Positions 34,178 through 44,715 of a stretch of 63,668 bases of DNA are shown here, piece after piece. This stretch comes from Kiritimatiellia bacterium. Lineage in GTDB: Bacteria > Verrucomicrobiota > Kiritimatiellia > RFP12 > DVOR01. The stretch spans positions 1 to 63,668 of the forward strand of contig CAAGNN010000087.1 of NCBI GenBank assembly GCA_900771325.1. Reading direction: 5' to 3'. Position 1 is the first letter of the stretch; each line of letters begins with the position of its first letter. The notes beneath the pieces were generated by a model that made no database searches, had not been told where the DNA came from, and saw only the letters and a list, made by a program, of their open reading frames with translations. A program made the translations under genes and the position numbers.

Positions 34178-34729
34178 ATGCTCTTGATGTTATTGGCAGA
34201 CGGCTTTGAGGAAATCGAGGCGCTTGGTACGCTGGATTTATTGCGCCGCGCGGGGGTGGAGGTGCAGACAACGGCCCTGGCCGAGGGGGGAAGCGTGCGC
34301 GGGGCCCACGGGATTGTGGTCCAGGCCGATGGGGCCTTTCCGGGCGCGTGGACGCCCGAGCGCGTCGAGGGGGTCATCCTGCCAGGTGGGATGGGCGGGG
34401 CAACGGCCTTGGCTGCCTCGGCGCAGGTGAAGACGTGGCTGCGCGCGCTCGATGCGCAGGGCAAGTGGATTTGCGCGATTTGTGCGGCCCCGGCCTTGGT
34501 CTTGCCGCGCGCCGGGGTGTTGCAGGCCGGACGGCGGGCCACGTGCTATCCAGCGCCGGACTTCATCAACGCGCTGGGCGAAGCTTACGAGGCGACCCCG
34601 GCGGTCGTCAGCGGAAACCTGATTACGGGGGCTGGTCCGGGGGCCTTTGCCGCCTTTGCCCGCGCGATTTCCGAGGCGCTTCGCCCAGCGGAGGTGGTCG
34701 CGCAAGTGTGGCAGGACGCGCTGTTGTAG
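34178..34729 (+). CDS. DJ-1/PfpI family protein
   Basis: LLADGFEEIEALGTLDLLRRAG and the nucleophile-elbow Cys in AICAAPALVL. Confidence 0.85.
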   Translation: MLLMLLADGFEEIEALGTLDLLRRAGVEVQTTALAEGGSVRGAHGIVVQADGAFPGAWTPERVEGVILPGGMGGATALAASAQVKTWLRALDAQGKWICAICAAPALVLPRAGVLQAGRRATCYPAPDFINALGEAYEATPAVVSGNLITGAGPGAFAAFARAISEALRPAEVVAQVWQDALL

Positions 34730-34745
34730 CGGAGCGAGGGGAGCC

Positions 34746-36221
34746 TTGGCGGAGATTGGGACTAACCTGAACCTCGGTGCCTCGCTGCAACAGCGGCAGG
34801 CCCAGGAGCAGGTGCTCTCCATCCAGGCGCAACAGCGGCTACGGTTGCTGCCGTTGCCGGTCCAGGCATTGCAGATGGAGCTGCGCCAGCGCGCCGAGCA
34901 AAATCCCTTCCTGGAGTTTGAGCCGGCGGTGGAGGCCGAGTCGCTCAATGCCCTGCTCGATCGCTCCGCCGGCGACGAAGGCGAGGCCGACGACCCGGAC
35001 TATCTGATGGGCGGCCGCGAGGGGTATGGCGAGCAGGCCGACTTCATCGACCGCGTGGAGGCCGCCCGGCGCCACGAGTGGCGTATTCTCTCCCAAACCG
35101 AACCCGAAACGCTCTACCGTCACCTGGAGCGTCAGGTGCTTGAGACCCTCGAGCCCGGCGCGCAGCGCGACCTGACCCTTCTGGTCTGCGACGCTTTGGA
35201 TGGCGATGGCTACCTGCGCACCTCCTCCGAGGAGCTGTTGGCCGATTGGTGGCAGCTCTGCCAAGGGCGCGCCGAGGTGGCCGAAGCAGCGGACCTGCCG
35301 CGCGCGATTGCGGCGGTCCAGGCGCTCGACCCGGTGGGCGTTGGCGCGCGGTCGCTGGCCGAGTGTCTGGCGCTGCAGGTGCAGGCGGCACCGGGCTATG
35401 ACACGCAACGTGCCCTTAAGCTCCGCCTCTGCCACCACCTCAATGCTCTCCTCGACCGCACCCCCGAGCGTCTGGCCAAGGAATTGCGCTGCACGCCGGC
35501 GGAGTTGGCCGAGGCGCTGGCCTTTCTCAAGGGGCTCAACCCCTTTCCCGGCCGCGCCTTCGCCCCGAAAGAGAACCTCGAGGTACCCGAGGTGGTGGCC
35601 CTGCCAATGGCCGACGGCTCCTGGCGAGCCAGCTGCGATGAGCGCGTCTTCCCGCGCTTTCGCGTGGACGAGGCAGCCATCGAAGCCGCCCGCGAGGCGG
35701 CCAAAACGCGCGAGGAGCGCGCGTGCGTCAGCGACCTGGAGAGCGCCGCGCGGCTCTTGGTCGATGCCTATCACGAGCGCAACGACACCCTCCGGCGCGT
35801 GGCGCAGGTGATCTTCAACCATCAGCGCGCCTTCCTGGCCAGCGGCGGCGAGGCGAGCACCCTCAAGCCCCTGCTGCAGCGCGAGGTGGCCCAGGAGGTG
35901 GGCTACGACGAGAGCATCGTCTCGCGCACCCTCAAGGATAAGTCGGTCCGCGTGGCCACTGCCCGCAAGCCGATCCCCTTCAAGGCCTTCTTCACACGCG
36001 CGCTGCCGGCGGCGGCCACCGGGGCCGAGTGCGTTTCGGAGCAGCAGGCCAAGCAAGCGTTGCGCGAACTGGTGGCCGCCGAGGACCCGGCCGCGCCGCT
36101 CTCCGACCAGGCGATTATGGAGGCGATGGCTGCGCGCGGCATCCCCTTGGCCCGTCGGACCGTGGCCAAATATCGCGATGCCCTCGGCATCCCCTCCACC
36201 CGCGAGCGGCGGAGGCGGTAG
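34746..36221 (+). CDS. rpoN: RNA polymerase sigma-54 factor
   Basis: Gln-rich region I (LQQRQAQEQVLSIQAQQRLRLLPLPVQALQMEL...NPFLE) and the C-terminal RpoN box ARRTVAKYR. The proposed TTG start at 34746 lies just after the DJ-1 stop. The listed upstream extension overlaps DJ-1. Confidence 0.88.
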   Translation: MAEIGTNLNLGASLQQRQAQEQVLSIQAQQRLRLLPLPVQALQMELRQRAEQNPFLEFEPAVEAESLNALLDRSAGDEGEADDPDYLMGGREGYGEQADFIDRVEAARRHEWRILSQTEPETLYRHLERQVLETLEPGAQRDLTLLVCDALDGDGYLRTSSEELLADWWQLCQGRAEVAEAADLPRAIAAVQALDPVGVGARSLAECLALQVQAAPGYDTQRALKLRLCHHLNALLDRTPERLAKELRCTPAELAEALAFLKGLNPFPGRAFAPKENLEVPEVVALPMADGSWRASCDERVFPRFRVDEAAIEAAREAAKTREERACVSDLESAARLLVDAYHERNDTLRRVAQVIFNHQRAFLASGGEASTLKPLLQREVAQEVGYDESIVSRTLKDKSVRVATARKPIPFKAFFTRALPAAATGAECVSEQQAKQALRELVAAEDPAAPLSDQAIMEAMAARGIPLARRTVAKYRDALGIPSTRERRRR

Positions 36222-36243
36222 TCTGCAATCGAAAGGGAACGAG

Positions 36244-37140
36244 ATGGACGCAACCCCAAAACCGATCCTACTTGTCTGGCTGGCCCTGCGCGGGGTGCCG
36301 GAGTTTACCGCCACGCGCGAACAGGTGGCGCGTTGGGCCGCCCAGGTGCCCGAACTAGAGGTGGTCTTTGCCGACAGCCAGGAGGCCTTTGTGCGTAACC
36401 TCTCCAAGGCCACCTATGTGCTCACCTTCCGCTTCTGCGAGGCGTGGCTGCCGCTGACCTATCGCCTCCGCTGGATTGCCACCCCGGCGGCCGGACGCGA
36501 ACTCCTGGGCGCGCGCTTGCCCGATCGCATCCGCCTGACGCACGGCACCTTCCACGGCGAGATTATGGCCGAGAGCGTGGTGGGAATGCTCTTGGCCGTA
36601 CGGCGGGGTCTGCTCCCGGGGTTGGGCCTGTGCACGGCGGCCGATCCCTGGCCGGAGTTCACCCCAAATCGGACCACCATCGCCGGCTCGACGACCGTCA
36701 TCCTGGGCTATGGCCACATCGGCCAGGCTATCGGGCGCAAGCTTGAAGCCCTGGGCGTGACCATCCACGGCATTCGCCGCGCCAACCTGCATGAGCTGCC
36801 TGCCTTATTACCGAAGGCCGACGCGCTCATCCTCGCCCTCCCGGCTACGCGCGAAACCGACCGCCTGGTCGATGCCGCCGCCTTGGCGCGTCTGCCGGCC
36901 CACGCCGTGCTCATCAATGTTGGGCGCGGAAACGCCGTCGACGAAGAGGCGCTGGCCCAGGCCCTCGAAGCCGGGCGGCTCCACGCGGCCTTCCTCGACG
37001 TCCTCCAAACCGAGCCTTACCCCGCCGACGGTCCGCTGCGCACCGCCCCGCGTTGCTTCCTGCTGCCGCACGCCTCGGCCTTCGCGCCAGACTACCTCGA
37101 CCGCGCCTTCCAAGCCTGGCTGGATGAGTATCGGGGATGA
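36244..37140 (+). CDS. D-isomer-specific 2-hydroxyacid dehydrogenase family protein
   Basis: NAD-binding ILGYGHIGQAIGRKL and catalytic-region NVGRGNAVDEEAL. Start at the ATG at 36244. Confidence 0.8.
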   Translation: MDATPKPILLVWLALRGVPEFTATREQVARWAAQVPELEVVFADSQEAFVRNLSKATYVLTFRFCEAWLPLTYRLRWIATPAAGRELLGARLPDRIRLTHGTFHGEIMAESVVGMLLAVRRGLLPGLGLCTAADPWPEFTPNRTTIAGSTTVILGYGHIGQAIGRKLEALGVTIHGIRRANLHELPALLPKADALILALPATRETDRLVDAAALARLPAHAVLINVGRGNAVDEEALAQALEAGRLHAAFLDVLQTEPYPADGPLRTAPRCFLLPHASAFAPDYLDRAFQAWLDEYRG

Positions 37141-37157
37141 CAGAGGACGGATGACAG

Positions 37158-38012
37158 ATGACAGTTGGCAACGCAGAGCGTGAGGTGCACCCTGTCGATG
37201 CTGCCTCCGCGCCTCAGGCCGTGCTCGTCAAGGACGAGGCCGTGTGCCTGTGCGTGCGCCCCTTCTCCAAAACCTCGCAGATGGTGACCTGGTTCGCCCG
37301 CGAGTACGGGTTGCTCACCACGCCGGTCAAGGGTGCCCAGCGGCCCAAGAGCGGCTTTGTGGGGCGCTATGACGTGGGCTACACCTGCGAGATTGTCTTC
37401 TACGCCCGCAGTCGCTCCGGCGGCACCCACCACATCCGCGAGTGTTCGCCGCTGGCCTTGCGCGAAGCGCTCCGCACTAACTGGCGCTCGGCCACCGCCG
37501 CGGCGTATGTCTGCGACCTCACCTTGCGCGCCACTCGCCCGGGTCTGCCAAACCCCGCTCTCTTCCAGACGCTGGAGGACCTCCTGGACGTGCTCCCCAC
37601 GGCCGCCGCGCGCGAGGTGCCCTTGCTGCTCCTGTGGCTGGAGAGCAACCTGCTGTTGCATCTGGGCGTGGCGCCGGACTTCACCCCCTGCCCGCGCTGC
37701 GCCCCCTCCCCCCACGCAACCTTTTCCGTCGAGGAGGGGCACTTCTGCTGCGACCACCGCCCGAGCCGTCTGCCCAAGCCCCTCACCCTCTCGCTCCACC
37801 GGGAGATCCCCGAACTCTTTGTGCAGTTCACGCGCGAGTCCATCGCGCAGACCCTCGACCGCGCCCGCGCCTCGCAACGCACCGACCTCTTCGGCCGCCC
37901 CGAGCCCTTCCCCGGCGTCTTTGGTCTGCGCCGCTTCCTGGGCATCTTCCTCAATCTCCACCTCGACCTCCTCCCCGGTCCTCGCCGCACCGCCCTCGAC
38001 CTGCTCATCTAA
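37158..38012 (+). CDS. recO: DNA repair protein RecO
   Basis: OB-fold N-terminus (CLCVRPFSKTSQMVTWFAREYGLLTTPVKGAQRPKSGF) and a Cys-rich zinc motif CPRC...FCCDH. Confidence 0.85.
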   Translation: MTVGNAEREVHPVDAASAPQAVLVKDEAVCLCVRPFSKTSQMVTWFAREYGLLTTPVKGAQRPKSGFVGRYDVGYTCEIVFYARSRSGGTHHIRECSPLALREALRTNWRSATAAAYVCDLTLRATRPGLPNPALFQTLEDLLDVLPTAAAREVPLLLLWLESNLLLHLGVAPDFTPCPRCAPSPHATFSVEEGHFCCDHRPSRLPKPLTLSLHREIPELFVQFTRESIAQTLDRARASQRTDLFGRPEPFPGVFGLRRFLGIFLNLHLDLLPGPRRTALDLLI

Positions 38013-38123
38013 GGGGGTAGGGCGCGCCCTTTATGCTAGGCACAGGGACGGCAGACCACCGTCACGCCGGGCCTCAATACGCCTCAGCCCGAAGGCCGAA
38101 GGCAACCAGGCACTTGAGCAACT

Positions 38124-38142
38124 ATTAAGACTCACTGTTAAT
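38124..38142. repeat. solitary copy of the AT-rich repeat core ATTAAGACTnACTGTTAAT
   Basis: ATTAAGACTCACTGTTAAT matches 16189-16207 (ATTAAGACTAACTGTTAAT) at 18 of 19 positions. Confidence 0.8.
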
Positions 38143-38227
38143 GGTTCCGCTCGCGGCAGATGTCAATGAGCAAACCCTCAGACCGGGATGTCGAAGCGCC
38201 GCCGAGGGTAAACATTTGGCGCGGAAT

Positions 38228-38238
38228 TGTGCTATACT
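38228..38238 (+). promoter_or_regulatory. extended -10 element TGTGCTATACT
   Basis: TGTG-N-TAnnnT motif 21 nt upstream of the ATG at 38260. Confidence 0.45.
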
Positions 38239-38259
38239 GAGGGGCGAAAGGATTTTGAG

Positions 38260-40815
38260 ATGGACGACGATACGTTGGCAGTTCCGAGCAACAACGACGC
38301 GCACCTGGTGTCGGTGAATGTTGACGAGGAGATGAAGAACTCTTACATCGACTACTCGATGAGCGTGATTGTGGCGCGTGCTTTGCCGGACGCGCGCGAC
38401 GGCTTCAAGCCGGTCCATCGGCGCGTGCTCTACTCGATGTACGAGACCAAGAACTTCTACAACGGCCCCTACAAGAAGTGCGCGCGTGTGGTGGGTGATG
38501 TGATGGGTAAGTATCACCCGCACGGAGATGCCTCGATCTATGACACGTTGGTGCGTATGGCGCAGTGGTTTAGTCTGCGCGTGCCGCTGGTGGATGGCCA
38601 CGGTAACTTTGGCACGATTGACGGCGATAGCGCTGCGGCGGCGCGTTACACCGAGTGCCGGATGGCCAAGGTGGCTAACGAGATGTTGGCGGATATCGAC
38701 AAGGAGACGGTGGACTTCATGCCGAACTACGACGGCTTGGAGCAGGAGCCGCGCGTATTGCCTTCCAAGTTGCCGAATCTGCTGCTCAACGGCTCGCAGG
38801 GGATTGCCGTGGGGATGGCCACGAATATCCCGCCGCACAATCTGCGTGAGCTCTGCGAGGGGTTGATTTACTTCGTCGACCACCCGGAGGCTTCGATTGA
38901 CGAGCTGATGCAGTTTGTCAAGGGGCCGGACTTCCCGACCGGGGCGCAGATTTGCGGCCGCGCGGGGATTGAGGCGATGTATAAGCTCGGGCGCGGGTCG
39001 ATTACGGTCCGGGGCGAGACGGAGATCTTCAACGAGGGCAAGCACGAGACGATCCTCATTACCTCCATCCCTTATATGGTCAACAAGCAGGCGATGATCA
39101 CCAAGATGGCCGAGCTGGTCAAGAATGGTGTCATCGAAGGCATCTCTGACATTCGCGACGAGACGAGCCTGAAGGATGGCATCCGCGTGGTTATCGAACT
39201 CAAGCAGAACGCCAAGCCGGCCAGCGTCATCCTCAACCAGCTCTACAAGCACTCCGACCTGCAGTCGACCTTCGGCGCGAATATGATTGCCCTCGACCAC
39301 GGGCGGCCGCGCCGGATGAACCTGCGCGACTTCTTCCAGTGCTACGTCGACCACCGCTTTGAGGTGCACACCCGTCGTTGCCGCTACGAGTTGGCCCGCG
39401 CCAAGGAGCGCATCCACATTGTCGACGGCCTCTTGATCGCTCAGGACAACCTCGACGAGGTCATCCACATCATCCGCGATTCCAAGACCAACGAGGAGGC
39501 CAAGGGGCGCTTGATGACGCGCTTTGGCTTCAGCGACGCGCAGGTGACGGCCATCCTCGAGATGCGTTTGCGCCAACTCACCGGCTTGGAGCGTGACAAG
39601 TTGCTCGCCGAGCAGGCCGCGCTTCAGGCGCGTATCGCCGAATTGCAGGCCACGCTCGAGGACCCCGCGCTGGTCTTTGCCCTCATCAAGGCCGACCTCG
39701 AGGAGTTGCGCGAGGCTTACACCAAGCCCAACGACCGCTTGACGCAGATTGTCCCGGTGGCGGGGGAGGTGAATATGGAGGATTTGGTGGCCGACGAGCC
39801 GTGCGTCTTCACCCTCTCGCACCGCGGGTATATGAAGCGCACCTCCCTGGCCGAGTATGCCGCCCAGCGGCGCGGCGGGCAGGGGAAGCGCGGCGTGGCT
39901 ATCAAGGAGGAGGACTTCATCGAGCGCGTCTACGTGCCGATGACCCACGACACGCTCCTCTTCTTCTCCGACCGCGGCCGAGCCTACGCCGCGCGCGTCT
40001 TCGATTTGCGCGAAGCCGCCCGCACCACCGCCGGCACCCACGTCTCCAACCTCCTCGAAGGCATCCAGAAGGATGAGCGCATCGTCGAGATTCTGCCCAT
40101 CCGAGGTTTTGACGAGGGGCGCGAAATCACCTTTGTCCTGGAGGACGGCACCATCAAGCGCACCGCGCTCGTGGCCTTCAAGAATATCAACCGCCGCGGC
40201 ATCATCGCCATCAATATCGAGCCAGGCAACGCGCTGGTCAAGGTGGCCCTCACCAAGCCTGGCGACCGCGTCTTTATGGCCACGCGCGAAGGCTTCGTTA
40301 ACTGCTTCAAGATTGATGAAGTCCGCCCCGTGGGCCGCAACGCAATGGGCGTCTGCGGGATGCGCTTCAAGGTGCCTGACGACCGCGTCTGCGGCTTTGC
40401 CATCGAGGAGCCGGAGGCCGACCTCCTCTTCGTCACCGAGAACGGTCGCGGTAAGCGTAGCGCCTTCAACGACTTCCGCGAGACCCATCGCGGCTCGATG
40501 GGCGTCATCGGCAACCCGCGCGAGAGCGAGAAGAACGGCAAGCTCGTCGGCATCGCCACGGTGAAGGGCGACGAGACGCTCGTCCTCCTGGCCACCAACG
40601 GTCTGCTTATCCGCACCCGCGTGAGCGAAGTGCGCACGATGGGCCGCACGGCCGCCGGCGTCAACTTCGTCCGCCTGCAGGAGGGCGCTTCGCTGGCGAC
40701 CTTCTCGCTAGCTCCGGCCGAGGAGACCGAGGAGGCACCGAGCGCCGAGGGCGGCGAAGCGCCCGCGCCGGCCGAGACGGAGTCCGCGCCGACGGAACCG
40801 ACGAGCGAAGCCTAA
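38260..40815 (+). CDS. gyrA: DNA gyrase subunit A
   Basis: [27 protein letters not shown] and the active-site region [10 protein letters not shown]. Start at the ATG at 38260. Confidence 0.96.
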   Translation: MDDDTLAVPSNNDAHLVSVNVDEEMKNSYIDYSMSVIVARALPDARDGFKPVHRRVLYSMYETKNFYNGPYKKCARVVGDVMGKYHPHGDASIYDTLVRMAQWFSLRVPLVDGHGNFGTIDGDSAAAARYTECRMAKVANEMLADIDKETVDFMPNYDGLEQEPRVLPSKLPNLLLNGSQGIAVGMATNIPPHNLRELCEGLIYFVDHPEASIDELMQFVKGPDFPTGAQICGRAGIEAMYKLGRGSITVRGETEIFNEGKHETILITSIPYMVNKQAMITKMAELVKNGVIEGISDIRDETSLKDGIRVVIELKQNAKPASVILNQLYKHSDLQSTFGANMIALDHGRPRRMNLRDFFQCYVDHRFEVHTRRCRYELARAKERIHIVDGLLIAQDNLDEVIHIIRDSKTNEEAKGRLMTRFGFSDAQVTAILEMRLRQLTGLERDKLLAEQAALQARIAELQATLEDPALVFALIKADLEELREAYTKPNDRLTQIVPVAGEVNMEDLVADEPCVFTLSHRGYMKRTSLAEYAAQRRGGQGKRGVAIKEEDFIERVYVPMTHDTLLFFSDRGRAYAARVFDLREAARTTAGTHVSNLLEGIQKDERIVEILPIRGFDEGREITFVLEDGTIKRTALVAFKNINRRGIIAINIEPGNALVKVALTKPGDRVFMATREGFVNCFKIDEVRPVGRNAMGVCGMRFKVPDDRVCGFAIEEPEADLLFVTENGRGKRSAFNDFRETHRGSMGVIGNPRESEKNGKLVGIATVKGDETLVLLATNGLLIRTRVSEVRTMGRTAAGVNFVRLQEGASLATFSLAPAEETEEAPSAEGGEAPAPAETESAPTEPTSEA

Positions 40816-40884
40816 GGCTGAGCGCGCACACGAGGGGTGGGTTGGAGCCAAGCGGCCCCCCGCCCCTCGCGCTTTTCCAACGCC

Positions 40885-43800
40885 ATGCAACTCTCGCGCC
40901 AGCAGGTGATGACCTGGGCCCCTTCCGATGTGTTGGAAGCGGGCCTCAAGCTCTTGAAGGAGGATGCCGTCCAGGGGATGCAAGCGCAGGGGGAGATCCT
41001 GGGCGGCTCCCTGCGGCAGGGCGCTTCGCGACTTGTTGTTCGGCTGCGCCTGGCGGCGGGGAGTGCGCGGCCGCAGGTGATGTGCCCGTGCGCGGAGGGG
41101 CGTTCGGGAAAGGTCTGCGCGCACGCAGTGGCGTTAGGGCTCAAGTGGGCCAAGGAGCACGGCACGGAGGGGGAAGAGGCGCTGACCTTCTCGGCTGAAC
41201 GGGCGCCGACGCGCGAGGAGATTGTGCGCTGGGCCGGACCCTCGCTCGTGGCGCGGGCCGAGGGGCTCATCCGCCAAGGGGCCTTGGCGCAGGTACGCTT
41301 TGCCTATCCCACCGGCTCGGGTCGGGTGCGCATCCACGGCGGGGAACTGGCGGTCACCTTCCGAATGCTCTCCAACGGCCTGGCGGAGGGCAAGTGCCCC
41401 TGCGCCCAATCGCGCCAGGAGGGAATGCTCTGCGAACACATCGTCGCCCTGATGTTGGGGGTGATGCAGGCCTACGGCAATGCCGAGCGCCGGGCTATCT
41501 ACGCCCAAGAACGGGCCCGGGCCGCCTCGCTGGCGAGGGCCCAAGGGCTCATTGCCCGCGCGGCCAACGGTCGCCCCGCGAGCCTCCTCATCCTCCTGCC
41601 GCGCGACCTGCCCAAGCAATTCTGGGCGGGCTCCGTCAAGGTGGCCATCCGCGTCTCCCTCAATGGCAAGGCCCTCCGCCCGCAAGATCTCCCGCCCGGC
41701 CCCTACACCTTCTCCCCGGCCGATGAAAACCTCCTGGGCATCCTCGAAGACATCGCCGGCGGTCCCTTCCCCGACATCCTCACCCTCTCGGCCCGTGACG
41801 CGATGGCCATCCTCCGCTGCAGTGCGCAGAGTTGGGTCGGCTCGGCCGAGACGCGCCGGCGCTTGAACTTCTCCACCGAGCCGGTCGCCACGCCCCTGCT
41901 CTTGGAGGCCGACCCGGAGCGCGACTCGGTCACCCTGCGCCTCCTCTGCCCCGAGGGCGGCGCGTGTTTGGCCGAGGGCTGCAACGGCTTTTGGGTCACC
42001 CAGACTGCCCTCCACCCCCTCGCCAAGGGCCTTCTGCCCCCCTTCCACTCCCTCTACCGCCAGGCCGAGACCATCCCGCGCCACAAGCTGATGGGCTTCT
42101 TCCACACCGAGTGGCCGCTCCTCACCGCGCAGCTGCCCGTGGCCGAAAGCAGCCTCACGCCCGACCTCTTCACCACCACCCCCGGCAAGCCTCGCTTCCG
42201 CCTCGAGCTCTCCGGCAGCACCGCCTCCATCTCGGCCACCGCCCGCGCCCGCTACGGCAACACCTGGGTCCCCCTCAAAGCGCCCGGCGAAGTCTCCGTT
42301 CCCGACCCCGACGACTTCTACCACTGCACCGTCCGCAACCCGCCGGCCGAGCGCGAGGCCCTCGAACGCCTCCACGCCATCGGCTTCTTCGGCGGCGACG
42401 GCCTGAGCCTCGGGGGGCTGACCGGCCAGCGCGCCGTCCTCAACCTCCTCGGTTCGCAGGTGACCGCCCTCCGTCGCGAGGGCTGGAAGGTGGCCCTCTC
42501 CGGCCCCATCGCGGACTTCTTCGACGCGGCCGAGGTCATCGTCCCGGTCGTCGACGTACGCGAAGTGGCCGGCGCGGGCAGCGACTTCGAGGTCTCCACC
42601 CGCTACGCCTCGCCGCGCGGCACCATCGAGGTCACGCCCGCTGAAATCGAGCGCGCCCTCGCCCACGGCAACGCCTACATCGAGAAGGAGGGCAAGACCG
42701 CCCTGCTCGACATCGGCGCCATCCGCACCCTCCGCCAGACCCTCAACTCCTGCAACGCCCGCGCCGGCATTCGCCCCGGCTCCTCGCGCATCGACCACGT
42801 CCACGCCCCGTTCGTCCAATCCGCCCTCGACAAACTCGAAGGCATCGATGTCGAGGCCGCCCCCGATTGGCGTGCGCGCGCAGCCGCCCAAAATCGCGAG
42901 CGCGCCCTCGAGCCCATCCCCCTCGGCCGCCTAGAGGGCACGCTGCGCCCCTACCAAAAGCAAGGGGTCTACTGGCTTCGCTTCCTGGAGATCTGCGGCT
43001 TCTGCGGCATCCTGGCCGACGAAATGGGCCTGGGCAAGACCCTCCAGACCCTCACCTGGCTGCAACTGCCGCGCTACCGCGAGGAGGCTAAGGACCTCCC
43101 GGCCCTCATCGTCTGCCCCACCTCCCTCGTCGAAAACTGGCACCGCGAAGCCGAGAAGTTCGCCCCCTGGCTCCGCGTCCTCGTCCTCTCCGGGCCCGAC
43201 CGCGCCAAGCGCTTCGCTGAGATCCCGCGCGCCGACCTGCTCATCACCAGCTACGCCCTCATCCGCCGCGACATTGCCTTCTACACCCAGTCGCGCCTCT
43301 CGGCCGTCGTCCTCGACGAAGCCCAAGCCATCAAGAACCAGCGCACCCAAAACGCCCAGGCCGTCAAGCTCCTCCGCGCCGACACCCGCCTCGTCCTCTC
43401 CGGCACCCCCATCGAGAATGGCGTCTCTGACCTCTGGAGCATTATGGACTTTCTGATGCCCCGCTACCTTGGCCCCTACGAGGACTTCAAGGCCACCTAC
43501 GAGGATGCCATCGCCCTGGGTGGCGCCACCGCCGCGGCCGCCCAGGAGCGTCTGCGCGATAAACTGCACCCCTTTCTTCTCCGTCGCGTCAAAAAGGAGG
43601 TCGCCAAGGACCTGCCCGACAAGATCCGCTCGGTCACCTACTGCGAACTCACCCCCGATCAGCGCCGCCTCTACGACGCCTGCCGCGACGATATGCGCGC
43701 CAAGATGCGCGGTCTGGTCAAGGAAAAGGGCTTCGAGAAGTCCAAGTTCGAGGTCCTCGCCCTGCTGATGCGTTTGCGCCAAATCTGTTGCGACCTGCGC

Positions 43801-44349
43801 CTCCTCAAGGACCGCACACCGCGCCCCAACGAAGCCCCCTCCGCCAAGATCGACGCCCTAATGGAGTGCCTGGAAGAGGCCCGCGCCGGCGGTCACCGCA
43901 TCCTCGTCTTCTCCCAGTTCACCGCGATGCTCGCCCTCATCGCCCAGCGCCTCGAGGCCGAAGCCATCCCCTACTGCTACCTCGACGGCTCCACCAAGGA
44001 CCGCCTCGGCGAGTGCGCCCGCTTCAACCAAACCCCCTTCATCCCCCTCTTCCTCATCTCCCTCAAAGCCGGCGGCACCGGCCTCAACCTCACCGGCGCC
44101 GATACCGTCATCCACTTCGACCCCTGGTGGAACCCCGCCGCCGAAGAACAGGCCACCGACCGCGCCCACCGCATCGGCCAAAAGAAGACCGTCCACGCCA
44201 TCAAGTTCATCGCCCTGGACACCGTCGAAGAAAAGGTCCTGGAACTCCAACGCAAAAAGCAGGCCCTCATCGACGCCACCGTCAACGCCTCCGACGCCTC
44301 CATCCTCTCCTCCCTCACCCTCGCCGACATCGAGGGCCTCCTCAAATAA
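40885..44349 (+). CDS. SNF2-family helicase with two N-terminal SWIM-type zinc-finger motifs
   Basis: CPCAEGRSGKVCAHAVAL and CPCAQSRQEGMLCEHIVAL (CxC..CxH). SNF2 motifs LADEMGLGKTLQ and VLDEAQAIKN. Helicase C-terminal region LISLKAGGTGLNLTGADTVIHFDPWWNPAAEEQATDRAHRIGQ. Confidence 0.88.
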   Translation: MQLSRQQVMTWAPSDVLEAGLKLLKEDAVQGMQAQGEILGGSLRQGASRLVVRLRLAAGSARPQVMCPCAEGRSGKVCAHAVALGLKWAKEHGTEGEEALTFSAERAPTREEIVRWAGPSLVARAEGLIRQGALAQVRFAYPTGSGRVRIHGGELAVTFRMLSNGLAEGKCPCAQSRQEGMLCEHIVALMLGVMQAYGNAERRAIYAQERARAASLARAQGLIARAANGRPASLLILLPRDLPKQFWAGSVKVAIRVSLNGKALRPQDLPPGPYTFSPADENLLGILEDIAGGPFPDILTLSARDAMAILRCSAQSWVGSAETRRRLNFSTEPVATPLLLEADPERDSVTLRLLCPEGGACLAEGCNGFWVTQTALHPLAKGLLPPFHSLYRQAETIPRHKLMGFFHTEWPLLTAQLPVAESSLTPDLFTTTPGKPRFRLELSGSTASISATARARYGNTWVPLKAPGEVSVPDPDDFYHCTVRNPPAEREALERLHAIGFFGGDGLSLGGLTGQRAVLNLLGSQVTALRREGWKVALSGPIADFFDAAEVIVPVVDVREVAGAGSDFEVSTRYASPRGTIEVTPAEIERALAHGNAYIEKEGKTALLDIGAIRTLRQTLNSCNARAGIRPGSSRIDHVHAPFVQSALDKLEGIDVEAAPDWRARAAAQNRERALEPIPLGRLEGTLRPYQKQGVYWLRFLEICGFCGILADEMGLGKTLQTLTWLQLPRYREEAKDLPALIVCPTSLVENWHREAEKFAPWLRVLVLSGPDRAKRFAEIPRADLLITSYALIRRDIAFYTQSRLSAVVLDEAQAIKNQRTQNAQAVKLLRADTRLVLSGTPIENGVSDLWSIMDFLMPRYLGPYEDFKATYEDAIALGGATAAAAQERLRDKLHPFLLRRVKKEVAKDLPDKIRSVTYCELTPDQRRLYDACRDDMRAKMRGLVKEKGFEKSKFEVLALLMRLRQICCDLRLLKDRTPRPNEAPSAKIDALMECLEEARAGGHRILVFSQFTAMLALIAQRLEAEAIPYCYLDGSTKDRLGECARFNQTPFIPLFLISLKAGGTGLNLTGADTVIHFDPWWNPAAEEQATDRAHRIGQKKTVHAIKFIALDTVEEKVLELQRKKQALIDATVNASDASILSSLTLADIEGLLK

Positions 44350-44433
44350 CCCCCACCGCACCCTCGCAGCTGACAGCCGTTCGCGGTTAGCCGCGAGCGC
44401 GCCCTCCGCGCCGAAGGGGGTAGGGGAGAGGCC

Positions 44434-44587
44434 CCCCGCCCCGGGTTGCCCCCCGACCCGCCCCGGGTTGCCCCCCGACCCGCCCCGGGTTGCCCCTCGA
44501 CCCGCCCCGGGTTGACCCCCGACCCGCCCCGGGTTGACCCCTGACCCGCCCCGGGTTGACCTTGGACCTGGGGCTGGGGGGAGGGAG
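44434..44587. repeat. 22-bp tandem array, 6 clean + 1 degenerate unit, between convergent genes
   Basis: Units start at 44434, 44456, 44478, 44500, 44522, 44544 and 44566. Confidence 0.95.
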
Positions 44588-44715
44588 CGGGGCGGGGTGC
44601 CCGTTCTGAAGGGCCGCGTTCTCGCGGCCCAAATGGGGGCTAGGCCGCCGGGGACGGCGGCCGTCAGAACGGGCGACGGAAGCGTGTACGAGCTGCCCCT
44701 TGCGCGGGGCGGGTG

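Noticed and set aside
40885-44349. The SWIM-SNF2 helicase as part of a defence island or mobile element
   Set aside because: It stands alone between gyrA and a repeat array and mutS. No methyltransferase, nuclease, phospholipase D, kinase or integrase partner is adjacent. SWIM-SNF2 proteins are common housekeeping-type bacterial genes.
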